DNA of 63,946 nt, filler included, from Choristocarpus tenellus KU-1152 (taxonomy: Eukaryota; Protista; Phaeophyceae), in the NCBI GenBank assembly GCA_964200185.2. It is 11 parts of 11 records of this genome, joined end to end, with 100 filler letters (N's around TTAATTAATTAA, not from the genome) between each part and the next. Parts side by side here need not be neighbours in the genome. Positions count along the whole stretch, not along the records: positions 51,529 to 55,080 come from CAXNAD020019307.1; positions 55,181 to 61,048 come from CAXNAD020009552.1; positions 61,149 to 63,946 come from CAXNAD020024661.1; 8 more parts are not named here. One strand, 5' to 3'. The first letter of the stretch is position 1; each line of letters begins with the position of its first letter. A program made the position numbers and the translations under genes. The notes beneath the pieces were generated by a model. The model saw only the letters and a program-made list of their open reading frames with translations, was not told the DNA's origin and ran no database searches. Shown one piece after another: positions 51,721-63,946 of this stretch.

Positions 51721-52382
51721 TACATTGGGGGTATGTGATGAAGCCCTGAACATTAGGGTCAACACTCATTAGGGATATGCTCTGGGTATAATAGGGGAAT
51801 ATTATGTAAATATATATATATATTATATATATAGTGAAAATATATATACTTCAAAGCAAGCCTATTACTCCAGAATTTATCACATGTAATGGAGAAAACC
51901 TCAACATCTGATTACTGATATGTGAGCAAGCTTCTTTTATGAAGATCCTGATTTTTTGTTTATTTCATTTTCCAGTAGAAGACTCCAGTAAATCGCTACT
52001 GCTTGTGAAGGGGTCTGGCTGTGACTATGAGGGTTCAAAACTGAAAACCCCCCTGCCAGTCATAGGTTAAGGTTTGTTGCTAGTATCAATTACTATGTTC
52101 ACAAACTCGGGGATGTATGCAATTAACTAATCCAGAGTGAACAGAGTTGGATCATCATATTTGTGAATAACCAAAATCAACTACCGGCTTGTTTTTTTTT
52201 CTGCTTGACCCTCACAACCACTGGGGAGCGTTCAACCCAGTCAATGGATGCAGAGTATGATTAAACCAGTTTAGCAGGATTCAAAGATGCTTCTGTAAAA
52301 CGAAAGTAATTTTGAGTGCAGTTCTACTGTAGGTGAATATGGTTGCACAGCTTCTTTGGAGCATATCATATGCCAAACCCCA

Positions 52383-52636
52383 GAGTCAAAGTATCTTAGA
52401 AGGTAGGACCACGTCCATTTAGGGGACAAAATCCAATGTTGCGATTTTGANNNNNNNNNNGTGTTTGTTAGGAAGTGTCAATATCCATGTTCCAGACACA
52501 CCTTTTCATAACGCATACATTTTACATACTCCGAAACATATTGGAGTAGGAAAATGTCATAATAAAACCCCATGGGAAGCCAAACCCCAAATGGACAAAC
52601 AGGGAAAAACTCGTACCCTCTATGATATTTTCACTC
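52383..52636 (-). mobile_element. MITE family B copy (spans a 10-N gap)
   Basis: GAGTCAAAGTATCTTAGA ... TATGATATTTTCACTC; flanking CCA duplication. Confidence 0.88.
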
Positions 52637-52699
52637 CCACCAGATAGACACCAAATAGTTGGTAGTCCTTTCTACCCTGTCTAGGTTCACATGTGTGTC

Positions 52700-53700
52700 A
52701 AGCCTCTACACAATCCAAGTAGACACCACTTTATGACCAATGGGGAATTAATCTACACAACTTCAGGGAATCAATACTATTTCAAGTCAGATGACGATAT
52801 CGCCCGGCAGCAAAGGTCTATATTTTGCTTTTCAGTGGGGAGTTAGACATGCAGAGACATTAGTGTTGTGAGTTCGAAAGATTCAATCCACCTGATTTGT
52901 TTAAGTGAGAACAAGTCAATAGTATGACAAAAAGATCAGTTAGTCTGTTGTATTGATATTTCAATGCCTTTGTCTTTGAGTAGAAGAAGTCAGGCAGACA
53001 CAGTGCTTTGCTCAAGACAACACCCCAGAGTATCTTTCCTTGGCTATGTCTGCCAGAAGACTCTAGAGGCTTTGGGTCTAGATACTTCAAGTAGCAGGGT
53101 ATGTCATCCCTCACGCAGAGTATATGGTGTCAAAGAAGACCAACTGAAGGATGTCCATACGCCATTCCAGAAGAAGGGCATATCGTGTTTTGGAGGTATG
53201 TAAAGTTGGAAGTCGATCACAATCAAGGTGGGACAAGCTGGGCGCAACACAGACGGTACTACAAAATTTACACACTGCCCGTGCTATCTGTTCTGAGAGA
53301 CTGCAACAGGGTTTCGTAGAGCATCCCTTGCAATCGAGGGTGTGTAAGTAAGTTCAGCTGCTGCTGGTGAAAGGGTGGTGGAAGCCGCGTTGAGGGAAGA
53401 CATGGAGATGTCAGCACGAATTGAATTTGATTCCTTCGTACTGGTAACATGCAAAAAAAAAAAAAAACATTCTCAAAATACGCGAGTGGGAGTTTTGAGA
53501 AGAGGAACTTCAATGATCTGCTCAAGTGGTACCGAGAAAGAGCTTCATCCCTTCCATGCAAGGCCAAACTTGCCCGCCATGTTTTGGCCATTCCTATTTC
53601 TTAGGCAGACCTGGTGCAAAGAGTTGGACTCTGACGATTTGCAACCCCTCGTCTTCCTACGCAATACCTGACTAAAGGTAGATGCATGGGAGGATGTCAA
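52700..53700 (+). pseudogene. Degenerate hAT-like transposase remnant
   Basis: NDLLKWY...AKLARHVLAIPIS* (~53510-53605) resembles the hAT C-terminal dimerisation motif; upstream extent uncertain. Confidence 0.4.
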
Positions 53701-54863
53701 GGATGCTAAGAAGGGAAACTGCCACCTGGAGACTGGAGGAATCAATTCGTCACAACAGTGTGGAGTCACAATTATATTTCCTAAGATTGGGATTCAAAGC
53801 GGCGGAGCAAACTCAACAGAACCGCCAAAATAACCTAGTCTCGAAATATACCAGTTGTACAATCTGTTTCTCATTTCTTACTACTTCGATTTCATCATAA
53901 AATAGAACATGTACTTCATTCAATGTACAGGAGGGTCTTTTTTTTTCATAATTCTACTACTATCTACTTTGTATTTTATACTACTTCAAGTCGAAAACAA
54001 TTCAAACTATATGTCGTCTACTTCTGTTTTGTTTGTGCATGTTCTCTTCTGTGGACCTTCTCTCATCTATTCCGTCAAGAACATCTGCGATCTTGAAATA
54101 AAATACCAAAAACTAAGTATTGTATAAAAGGTAATGGGAAATCCCTCTTCTCAAACTCCCAATCACATATTTTCTTTTCATAGCATTTCTTGACCAAAAC
54201 TTTGGTAAATAATTTATCTCAGATATGGAGCATGGAGGATGGTTATGCTTCTGATTGTGGAAAAAGATTACATAATTTAATTTTCAAGTCCGATTCTTCG
54301 CTTTGTGGATAGACAGAATTCTTTCTATTCATTCGAATCAATGGGATAATTTCCAGTCGATTATTAAAGTACTCATACATTTTTCGTATTCACATTAAAA
54401 ACACTTTATTCTTCCAATCATGGCACTTGTGTTACGCAGTGAATTATGAGGACGCCTACCTTACATGACACATGGCACTTCTGTATTACATTGCTTCCCT
54501 ACTACTTGAGCTCCTTGAGGAGATATTGATGAGGGAGGCAATGTTTTCAGAACTATTCATTTCTAGGCAATGTTGCCAATGGGGGTATCATATCCTCTCA
54601 AGGAGTAGTCACGACACAGATAGAGACAGCGTCTAGCCGCCCTTACACTCTTTCTGTGTCTTCCCCTCCTCTCCCTCTCTGCCCCATCTTTAACATTGTG
54701 TGCCTTCTAGATATCCCAGTCAACAACTACTGCGTGTTTTCCAATACCTTCTGGAGGTGTCAATTGGATTATGTGTCACATATTTAAGCCTGGAGTTCAG
54801 CATTCAAAGTGCTTCCTCGTGTATGTCCTACCTCCAAAAAAGGCTGCAAGTAGGATAAAATAT

Positions 54864-55080
54864 GGTCCAAAGCATCTGGGGTGGGGTGGTGGCTGTCCAT
54901 TTGGGGTCAATTTTTTCATGTCGTGATTTTTGGGAGATTTGGTTGCATATGTCGGAAGGATAATGTAAATGCACTTTTCCTGATTTTGACCGAAATGGAC
55001 ACCCTGGTCTCAGCCCCCCCCCCGCCCCCCCCCCCCCCCCCCCTCCCCCCCCTCCCCCACTCAACCCACCAAACCCCCCC
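54864..55080 (-). mobile_element. MITE family A copy, broken at the poly-C tract by the contig end
   Basis: GGTCCAAAGCATCTGG..GGCTGTCCATTTGGGG...AAATGGACACCCTGG then poly-C. Confidence 0.85.
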
Positions 55081-55202
55081 NNNNNNNNNNNNNNNNNNNN
55101 NNNNNNNNNNNNNNNNNNNNNNNNTTAATTAATTAANNNNNNNNNNNNNNNNNNNNNNNNNNNNNNNNNNNNNNNNNNNNTTTAACACCACACCCCCCCA
55201 TC

Positions 55203-55242
<40 letters not shown>

Positions 55243-55312
55243 TTAAAAATTCCCCCCCCCCCCCCCCCCCCCTTCCATTGTTGCCTTCCATTGTTTTGTA
55301 TTCTTTCAACAG

Positions 55313-58300
55313 GCACTGATCCCAGTGGCTCAGGACTCACTCTCCCATGGCGCCCTTCATGTGATCCTGCCATCTCTGAAGCTGGCTACGGCAGATCTGT
55401 TGGGTGCACTAGCTGCAACCCCGCCATCCACTGTATCGCGTTTTAAGGGACAATTCTCCCGTTTGTTGGTTCAGGTATTTAGACCTCTCTTGGCAGATAG
55501 AGGTAGCTGGTGCATGAAGGGACAGGGGTTTTGAGTGGGCGAGGGGTGGATGCAGGTAGTACTCATGATTCCAATGCTCACTCTGTGTTGCAAGAACATA
55601 CCTCTACTCTGCTGAGGGTCATACTTTTACTACAGTACTGTTATATTTTTGTAGATTCGGAAGTAGAGATATTGAACCCAAGAGTCCTTTGTATTATGTG
55701 CTCTTGTGAGGGGTCCTGTGAGGGATGAGCCACACAGGACATCTGTGGAGTATAGTCTCCAGGGCAATATTTGTATCTGCAATTGTGTGATGCTTAAGAT
55801 GCTCCAGGGGAGCAAATAGAATTCCTTTCTCAGAGTCCTTCAACCTCTACATAAATATGTGTAATGGTTTACCTTACAAGGTTGATCTCAAACTTGCACG
55901 TAGCATACACATTTCAACCCTCTTCACTACCCCTCCCCCCACTCAGACTCACAAGCACTTCACCCTCATGCTGCTGTCACTGTTTTTCCACACACCCAAG
56001 GCCATGGCAAAGCCCTCAGATGCCCCTAATCTCCGCACTGCTGGGTTCCGCCCCCTAACCCGGGCTCTCACCCAGCTTGGTGCAGCAGCTACAACTTGCC
56101 TGGGCCTGCCAGCTCTTCCTACTATTCTCGAGGAGGTACGATCAACGCTGGATCTACCTGGGCCCAAGGAAGGGACCGGTGTTGGGACTATGGGCAGTGA
56201 TGGGGCCAACAACATGGGAAGCAATATTGGGAAAGTGGGTGGGGGTGGGGGTGGGGGTAGGGGGGGGGGTGGGCATGTGGAAGTTTCCCGGTCTGCCCGC
56301 AAGAGGTCACAAAAGGTGGTCAGGAGGGAGAGGGAGAGGGAGGCTGAGCGAAATCTTAGTGCCGCCTCCAGGGGTGAGAGTAACAGTGCAGAGAGTGCTG
56401 GTGGTGTGCCTCTGTGGAGGGGGGGCAGGAGGGGGGAGGGAGAAGGGGAGGCTGCCTGTGCAAGTATAGAGTGCTTGTCACGCCTGGTGCTTTGTTGTGG
56501 TGCAAATCTTGCACTGGAGGGAAGGCAGGCAGTTGAGCATGTTGTGCACCAAGGGCTGGTGCAGCTCTCGAGTGGTAGAGGAAGGGTTGTTGGGGGGTTG
56601 GGGGGTGGGAGGCGAGTGAGAGGAAGGAGCCTGGTTACAAACGACCCTTGTGTGACGGAGAAGTTCTTGCAGCTTGCACATGCCTGCCTTATGGTTCCTC
56701 TGGTGAGATGCTGCAATACCAGGGTCAGCTCTACAGAAATGAGGGCTCTAGGCCAGATTTTGGTTGTAGAATGTTCTTCAAAGAATGGAGGTGCAGAGTC
56801 TTGGACTTGGGAGAAGAAGTGTGGGAATGCCTTTTGGGGGTGTTGGAGAGGATACATAGCACAGGAAAGGCATCTGTGCTGGTGTCAATGACTGTGTCCT
56901 GCTCATTTTTTTTGTGTGAATGAGTGAAGGAAAAAAGCCTGTCATACAAAGAGTTCATATCTCACTCCCCAATTTGACAACTTAGCCTTCACGGATGGGA
57001 ATCTGCCTAACAGCACTTTGGCCCTGAACCAGTCTGTAATAAAATTGTAAAATGTGCAAAACCCTTTCAAACTTGTTTTATATCAATGCCCCACTCCAGT
57101 TACCAACCCCACCCCCTGTCTAATCCCACTAATTACCGTTGCCCATGTTGTCTTTGTGACACAGGTGGATGGAACACGCAGCGGGTGTCTCCCTCTAGCA
57201 GTGGCTGCATTCAGGGCCTGCCGTTCCCACTCTGATGATGCAGTAGTGGTAGCAAGCCAGGTGGGCCTGGCAGGGTGTGATGTTCTGCTGCATCCGAGGG
57301 CTGCACCATTGCATCTGCCCCATGCTATCACTCACCAGGCCCGGGCATGGGGCTCTGAGAGGGGTGTCATAGGTGAGGCTTGAAGAAAATGTTGATCTTG
57401 TTTTCTTGTAGGGTAATTTAGCTGTATGAGCAATTTTTTCTGCTTGCTTTTGAATAATCTTTGAACGTTTGTATGATACGTGTACATACTATTTCCTGTC
57501 CAACATGGCACTGTAGTTGTGCCTTCTTTGTGTGTCTCAAATGATAACATGCTAACACATCCGGTACACAAAGCATCTCCTTGTGGGATAGGAGGGTGCT
57601 GTTTCATTGTTCCATCCCCTTGGCTTTGAAATATGGTGCAAGGCATTTTGTAAGCGTTCATAGATGCTCAGGTCCTACAGGATTAAAATATAAGGATTCT
57701 GTATTCCAATAAATTCAACTGCACTTTGCCGTACTGGAACACAGAAAATTGTAACCAGAAAGTTTAACATTGGCAATGCACTACACATCAACAGCTTTCT
57801 GATAGGTAAGAATGTTGAGATATGCAACACATTTTGCGGAGTGTCTCTGGCAGCTGAACCACTGGTGTGATAGTTCATTCGATCATAGAGGTTTGGATTA
57901 GAGACCACTGTGAAATTGTTATTATTTATCGTGTTTGTCTGAGCCTGAGGGATAACAAACTCACGGTCAAAACATAAATTAAAAAAAAAATAACTACACA
58001 TGAGAAATAAAAAAAAGTGCAAATGCAAAAGAAAAGTGGAAACAGGTTGAAGGTAAAGGTGGAGGTTGCCAGCGTCAAAACGGTGATTATTGGTTCAAGT
58101 CGAGGCCAGACAATGTTTTAGATTAAATCATTGACAAAGTATAAGGTAAGTCAATGATGCCATCAATTATTCCTCTCACCGATATCAATTATTTATAGAG
58201 TTTCTCCCACCGATCACACTTGGCCAATACTGCATCGATACACTGACTGCAATGACCAGCTTTTGCTCCTATCCTATTGGTATGTCCAACCACCCTTTGA

Positions 58301-59148
58301 TGTCTTGACTAGGCCTGGGATGGATAGGCCCTAAAAGTGCTGAAACAAGTGAGGATGAGAATGATGGGATAAAGGAAAAAGAAGATTTCAACTCATGTGA
58401 AAGGGACGGTACAGGGAGGGAGGTAGGGACGCTGGAGGACCTGCAGACAGAACATGCATCATCAAACAGTAGACCTGGTGACAAACTTCCTACCATGAAG
58501 GGTGAAAGGAAGTCTGAGAGTGGTGGAAAGGATGAGGATATAGAGGGTGATGACACAGGATCAGTTCGTGAAAGTTCCACCTTAAAAGCAGGGAACAGGG
58601 CTGGGCTAGGTGATAGGGAAGATGTTTTATCCTCTCCTGCCCCTCCGATTATTGGGGAGGCTCAGGGACTGGGAGGTGGTTCGCCAGGCAGGGTTGGGAA
58701 GTTGGCAGTAGGGAGGGAAGATCATATATTGCCTCCAACACCTGGCCATAAAGGCAAGGGGAAGGGGAAGGTCAAGGTGGGGGTAGACATCACTCAGCCC
58801 TTAATTGCGAACAAGCCAGTTGTAGTGGACTTGAATGTGAGTGGGGAGGGGTTAGGGTTAAGAGAAGGTCCAGCATTGAAGCGCCAACGTTTGGGTGCTG
58901 AAAATGAGACTGAGTCAGGTGTTGCTACCAGATATGGTGTCTTTATTGAGGGGGAGAGGGAAAATGCTGTGGCAGAGCGATGGTCCAGAGAAATGTTACC
59001 TGATAGAGGCGGTCAAGAAGTAGCTAAGGTGGGAAGTTTTCCGGTGGTGGGTACTGTTAAGGGAGACGATGTCGAAGATGATGATGATGATGATATGATG
59101 TCGTTCCCTGGAATAGTTGATGCTGACCCAGATGAGGAAGATTTGTAG
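55313..59148 (+). CDS. PELP1: PELP1/Rix1-like pre-rRNA processing (rixosome) protein, 3' part; exons 55313-55474, 56001-56702, 57165-57372, 58313-59148
   Basis: Phase-consistent GT-AG exons; helical region ending LAGCDVLLHPRAAPL (cf. PELP1 HPRVPPL) and an acidic tail FPGIVDADPDEEDL*, as I recall in plant Rix1/PELP1 homologues. Confidence 0.75.
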
Positions 59149-61226
59149 GCGATATCTGTAGGTACTATTATTGAATTGGGATGTATAATACTTCATGCTT
59201 CCAAGTATTGGATATCATTTTGGTGTGGTTGGAAGACAGTCCTAGAGTAAAGAGTCGTTACAATGGTGTCTGTGGATATTATTGGATGGAAATGGTTGGT
59301 GTAGTTTTGCAAGTTTGAGTTGGGAATATTGCATCGAAAATGCAGGATTGCATTGACTTAAATGGACAGTGTGGACCACTTTTGGCTGATGCGTGAAAAT
59401 AACCTTTACTTTTTGAACTGAAGTGTATATATTGTTGTTTGTGAATTGGGCATTGTGATAGGGAGAGTGTGGGTCATGCAGTTGGACCAACTCGATTATC
59501 GTTCCTCTTGTTTTGATGTTCATGTTTTACTGTTGTTGAGCGTGGAAGGGCTAACCCCCCTTAACTGCTTTCCAACAATCGTTTCCCCCTTCATCTATTT
59601 CACACACTGTTGACCCTAGGACGAGCTTTGATACACCTCTGTAACCATCAGCTTTCCTTCCACCTTCTGTATCCAAGTGGGCAGATTGTATGTGAACATT
59701 TCTACCCTGTGCCAGTTGTTACTGTGGGTAACATGCAACTGGCAGGGGGGAATTTTCTGATTAGTTAAAAATCAAGTGCAATCCATATATTCCTCCATCG
59801 AACCACATAACTACCAGTCTTCCATTGCCGATGGCATAGCCAGGACACCCGCGATACATTGACTTTTCTTCCTTGCAAATATTTCATATGTTCAAGTTCT
59901 TTTGCTCAGTCACATCCCTCCTTTCAACATTGGTATCAGTACGAAAAAGTTCTCCACTATTCTCTATTGTTTATTAATAATAAAGTTGCCTCTGTTGTGC
60001 ATCAGTTGCTGTTGTTAATCAATTAACTAAGTAATTGAATGCATGGGGCATGGCGGGGCACTCAAGAATTTTCCTGACTGCTTTGAAGTATCTGAGTGCT
60101 GCTTGTTGTGAGTCCCATAAAAAGTCGACGATGTTTCACAGGCAAATGAATATAACCCGTCTCCTCTCCATGGTTTTGGGCACACTTCTACTACTCTACC
60201 CACCACCTCTTGGTGTTTACAATTATCTACCCTCCCTAAGCTGTCCCCTCCTGGTCCCAAACCTTCCGCAACCAGTCAACCTCTTATCTGTCCTTGGGAA
60301 AAGTTTCATGAATTACTTGGTTTTGATTTGATTAGAGGAGTCGACGTATTATTTTTTAAGTCATGGATTGTATGCAACAACATAGAGGAGATAGATGAAC
60401 ACAACCCTTAATGCTTGTATTAAATATAAGGCATCACAATTCGCTTCTATTTTTTTGTTTGAAGAAATAAATTGCATCAGAGACTTCTACAACTGCAACT
60501 CCTACAGGCAATGGGACGTTCTCCATCCTCCACCAGTCATCCATGCCTGAATCTTCTTAACTTGTTCATCGTAGGAATGAACCAAGTGTTTTCCGTAGAA
60601 TGAAATTTTGTACGAATGTAATTCTCTGGTATTCACCCCACCCAGACTTGTGTCAGAGTCTTAAATATGAGGGCCGTACTCAATTCCACTTTCCCTGTTT
60701 GGTTGGTTTCTGCCGATAACAGCCTCTCGGCAAAATTGAGGATGGAGCATTTTATGGAGGATGAGTTTAACCCAAAATGGTGCGCAGAAAGTGCCGATAT
60801 GTTTTTTTTTGTAAATGTTGCGGCACTTTTTAAGGGCTCCTTTTCGAATGGGAATCCATGCCGAAGGTGCTAGTAGGACATACTTAATTGATCTTGTATG
60901 TTTCCAATGTTCCGAAACCAAAAGGTAAAAAAAAACTGGCACCCTACAATTTTTGAAGTGCAAAATCTTGAATTGTTGGACATTTAACAGGGGATCCTCA
61001 AAATTGAGGAAGGCGCGGGACTATGAGGATGGTTGTTTTGCGAAAACGNNNNNNNNNNNNNNNNNNNNNNNNNNNNNNNNNNNNNNNNNNNNTTAATTAA
61101 TTAANNNNNNNNNNNNNNNNNNNNNNNNNNNNNNNNNNNNNNNNNNNNGGACCTCTTCGTACGAATATCTCAGTCGTGCCCGAGATATCGTTTGTTGCGA
61201 TCTGCCCCCCCCCCCCACCCTGTCAG

Positions 61227-63509
61227 ATATGCCGATCTGCATTTATCTATTTTCTTGGGCAAGTTGTTGGACTTGTAACACATCGCAGTGGGTGAACGGG
61301 GCAAGGGGTAGGTGAGAATATCATTATTATTTCGTAAAAACCCTAACGCTCGTGTTTTGGCTCTTGTTGGGTTTAGAACATTCAAATGGATCTTGAAAAC
61401 TATAGATCCGCTTTTTTGTCGTCTCTTGTATTTTCAAAATACTAAGGTCGCCAAAAAGCGTTTTAGTATTTAAATAAATTGTGTGTACCAGTTGGAAGTG
61501 GCCGTTTAGTTTATGGAAACTGGAAACGTTTGAGACCCATAAAATGTGTGCTTGGTATTTTCAAAAATGGTAAGAACGGTTATTACTGGATTTATTATTT
61601 CTAAAAATCCTCATGCACGTGTTTTGGTTGTCCTTGAGTTTCGAAGAACCAAATGACACTTCAATACTCAAATAACCCCTTTTTGTCGTCTGTACAGTTT
61701 TAAGAATGCATATGTCCAATAATTTAAGATTTTGTATTTAAAAAAATTAGAGGGTACCACTTTTTTTGACCTTTTGGTTTCTGAATATTGGAAACGTACG
61801 AGATCAATGAAGCATGTGCTTTGTGTTTAAATAAAATGTAAGTACGGGTATAATAATCGTTTTTACAACTTCTGCTAACACATCTCCCATCCATTTATAT
61901 ACATACGTGCGCTACTACGATAGGAACGGCACGAGCAAAGATAAGGACATGGGTCCGAAGCGAGACCTGGTGATGTACTGGATAGACTACTGGGCTGATA
62001 CATACGGGCAATTCATGCCTCACAAGTCCACAATTGTGATCTACGCCGCGAACAAACAGGTAGGTTTTGCCCTTAGTTGTTGTGGAGAGGTTGGCCGCAC
62101 CCTGTGTTGGAGGATGTTCATTACTTGGATCAGTCTGATATTAAGGTTCAAAGAACATGTGAAGATTCGTACCAAGGGCTATTTTTTTCGTTTGCTATGT
62201 CGAGACTACAATGTTGATGATGATACTCTTCGTCGCTTTTACGAAGGAAGGCGCAGTAACTGTTATTTCGACGCCGTGTACACATACTCTGCGGCCCCGG
62301 TCCCGGTCTGACATTGGCAGGAAAAGTGTGTACTTCGTGTGTCTAAAACGCTTCGCGATGATGATGATTATGATGGTAGATTCGCCTCCTTTGCCACTTC
62401 TGTAAATGGCAGCGAGGCCTGAACAGAATGACGCTCATGGCAGATTTACGAAGATCATTGTGTTTGCTCTTTCGTAACACACGATGTAAGCTTGCTTGAT
62501 CCTGTCTTCCGCGTTCTCAGTCAGGTTATTGGTCAGCCCGCCTCCAAGAGATCTTCCAGGGTTGTTCTTCGAGTGTTCCTTCTCAGTAACTCCTCACTTG
62601 CCCACACAACCAACATTTTTAATTAGGAGCTATACAAGGATTTTTGCAAAGAGGCAATACGAGTGTATCCTGACGACCCTTCCAAGTGGGTAAGCAGGGC
62701 GCACTTCCTCCGGTTGCTCAGAGAGGACAGGCCCAACATCAGGCTGAGGGTAGGAGGCGAGTTTATGAAATATGACATATGTGTCACCTTAAAAGAGAAG
62801 CGGCACGGTGCGCCTGGTGTAAAACCCACGAACGACTCCACCGTCCTCGAGTCCATCGATAAGGAGCTGTCAGACCATCAAGAGGTATGTGTCCAGCGTT
62901 AATTTTGCAACAAGCGTACAGTGGCAACATGTCGCCGTCATTGCCCTCCATTTCGAAGAACATCTGTTTCCGTTTGCGAATGAAGACTCCCACACAGGTG
63001 CTAATGGCAGCAGCCTAACCCTCAATCACCGCAAAAACGTTCTTATTATCTGCCCACACACATTGTATGATAGACTGCTTCCTGGTCGTGTACAACGGGG
63101 TGTAGGAGGGACAGGTACTGTCGCGGCTTCTCAGGCCCCGTACGTACGTGCTTCCGACAATCCCCATAATACTGTGTTTGTATTGAATGCAGCATTAAAA
63201 AACATATCCAAAGACAAACATTTATTGTTACCTACGCTCCATTTTGTTACTAACCTGATACGTGTTAACAAGTGGCCATTTTTTTACAACTCTGAGCAGA
63301 TTTATTTGATTTACCGACGTTATGTTGCTCTCCCCCATTCGCCAGATTATCCAAGTCGATCGGCTGGTCATCACCAACATCACCAGCAGCGCCATGCGGG
63401 CCAAAGCCGATGGCAAACCTCTCGGCTTCGTGTTCATGTCCGCAGACGCCGCGAACCAGACAGCACACGCCCTCCCAGCACTTTACCCACCTACCCACAG
63501 CGGTGGCAG
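61227..63509 (+). pseudogene. Degenerate intron-containing Sola-like DDE transposase gene; exons ~61227-61307, 61907-62059, 62627-62884, 63346-63509
   Basis: ICRSAFIYFLG; WIDYWADTYGQFMPH..NKQ|ELYKDF..SRAHFLRLLREDRPNIRLRVGGEFMKYDICVTL..DHQE|IIQVDR..FMSADAANQTAHALP. Motif order recalls Sola-type transposases (CxxAF, GxxMP, KCDxC, H, first catalytic D). Joins of exons 2-4 are phase 0. Lesions: stop in exon 1, AC instead of AG acceptor at 61905-61906, probable C-to-Y change in KCDIC. Confidence 0.6.
61324..61860. repeat. Diverged tandem repeat, 2 x ~270 bp, intronic
   Basis: Shared blocks in the same order: AAAAANCCT..CGTGTTTTGG..CAAATG..TTTTTGTCGTCT..GTATTTAAA..GTACCA..TGGAAACGT..GTGCTT..GTAAG.ACGG. 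Confidence 0.7.
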
Positions 63510-63836
63510 GTAACCACACGCATGCATAGTCCATCTGACAACAAGTCTGCAGCCGCACGCAGAACAGAATAGACGACCCTGTTTTATTCTACGAATGAGT
63601 GCAAAGTCCCAAGAAGTAACCGCCAAAACATACTCACATAATTCCACTACCAATTTCGGTCGTCATGATGACGACGCACCGTAGAACCTTTCTTTGCACG
63701 ATTCTTTGATTCATGTCCTTCTTATGAGGGGCTACTCTGAGCGCCAGAAAATCATGGCCGCACACGTCGAAGGTCAATTCGCTGAGGTGTTCTTCACTCC
63801 TATCAATCTTGGAGGAGGTACGTAATGTTGGTCGTG

Positions 63837-63946
63837 GGCTCAAAGTGTCTGGGGGGGGTGGCGGCTGTCCATTTGGGGCCAATTTTTTCATGTCGCGATT
63901 TTTGGGTGATTGGGTTCCATAAGTCGGATGGATAATGAAAGTGCAC
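63837..63946 (-). mobile_element. MITE family A copy, truncated by window end
   Basis: GGCTCAAAGTGTCTGGGGGGGGTGGCGGCTGTCCATTTGGGGCC... Confidence 0.88.

Noticed and set aside
55949-56857. 302-aa minus-strand ORF
   Set aside because: Antisense shadow of the PELP1-like exon, which has proper splice sites on the plus strand.
60320-60670. Possible hAT transposase remnant on the minus strand
   Set aside because: Weak similarity (TQVW..., DDWWRM) with stops; not supportable by eye.
62889-63572. 227-aa plus-strand ORF
   Set aside because: Mostly intron; the motif-bearing exon 63346-63509 is in a different frame.

Overview
Eukaryotic, intron-rich, repeat-rich nuclear DNA. It resembles stramenopile/brown-algal sequence, inferred from gene structure, TTAGGG motifs and TE types, not proven. 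The window is an artificial concatenation of 11 short contigs joined by ten 100-nt N44-TTAATTAATTAA-N44 linkers, so adjacency across linkers has no biological meaning. Host genes reconstructed by hand from GT/GC-AG exons: an apparently complete MGxxxS-SAM-TIR gene (minus, ~2831-6216), and partial SMARCAD1/Fun30-like SNF2 ATPase, Myb-domain protein, front-end fatty acid desaturase and PELP1/Rix1-like genes, plus a tRNA-Arg(CCT). Mobile DNA: about 19 copies of two MITE families (A ~180 bp, B ~255 bp) that share terminal and subterminal motifs; a degenerate intron-containing Sola-like DDE transposase gene that may be related to their mobiliser; 3' ends of an RLE-type non-LTR retrotransposon with a conserved terminal hairpin; a deleted gypsy-like LTR element with a PBS; gypsy and copia pol remnants; a ~650-bp-arm copia inverted repeat; and a hAT-like remnant. 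An isolated type I PKS acyltransferase (HAFH) fragment sits in the TE stack. The best candidates for new biology are the putative myristoylated SAM-TIR (SARM1-like) signalling protein and the MITE/Sola-like transposase system.
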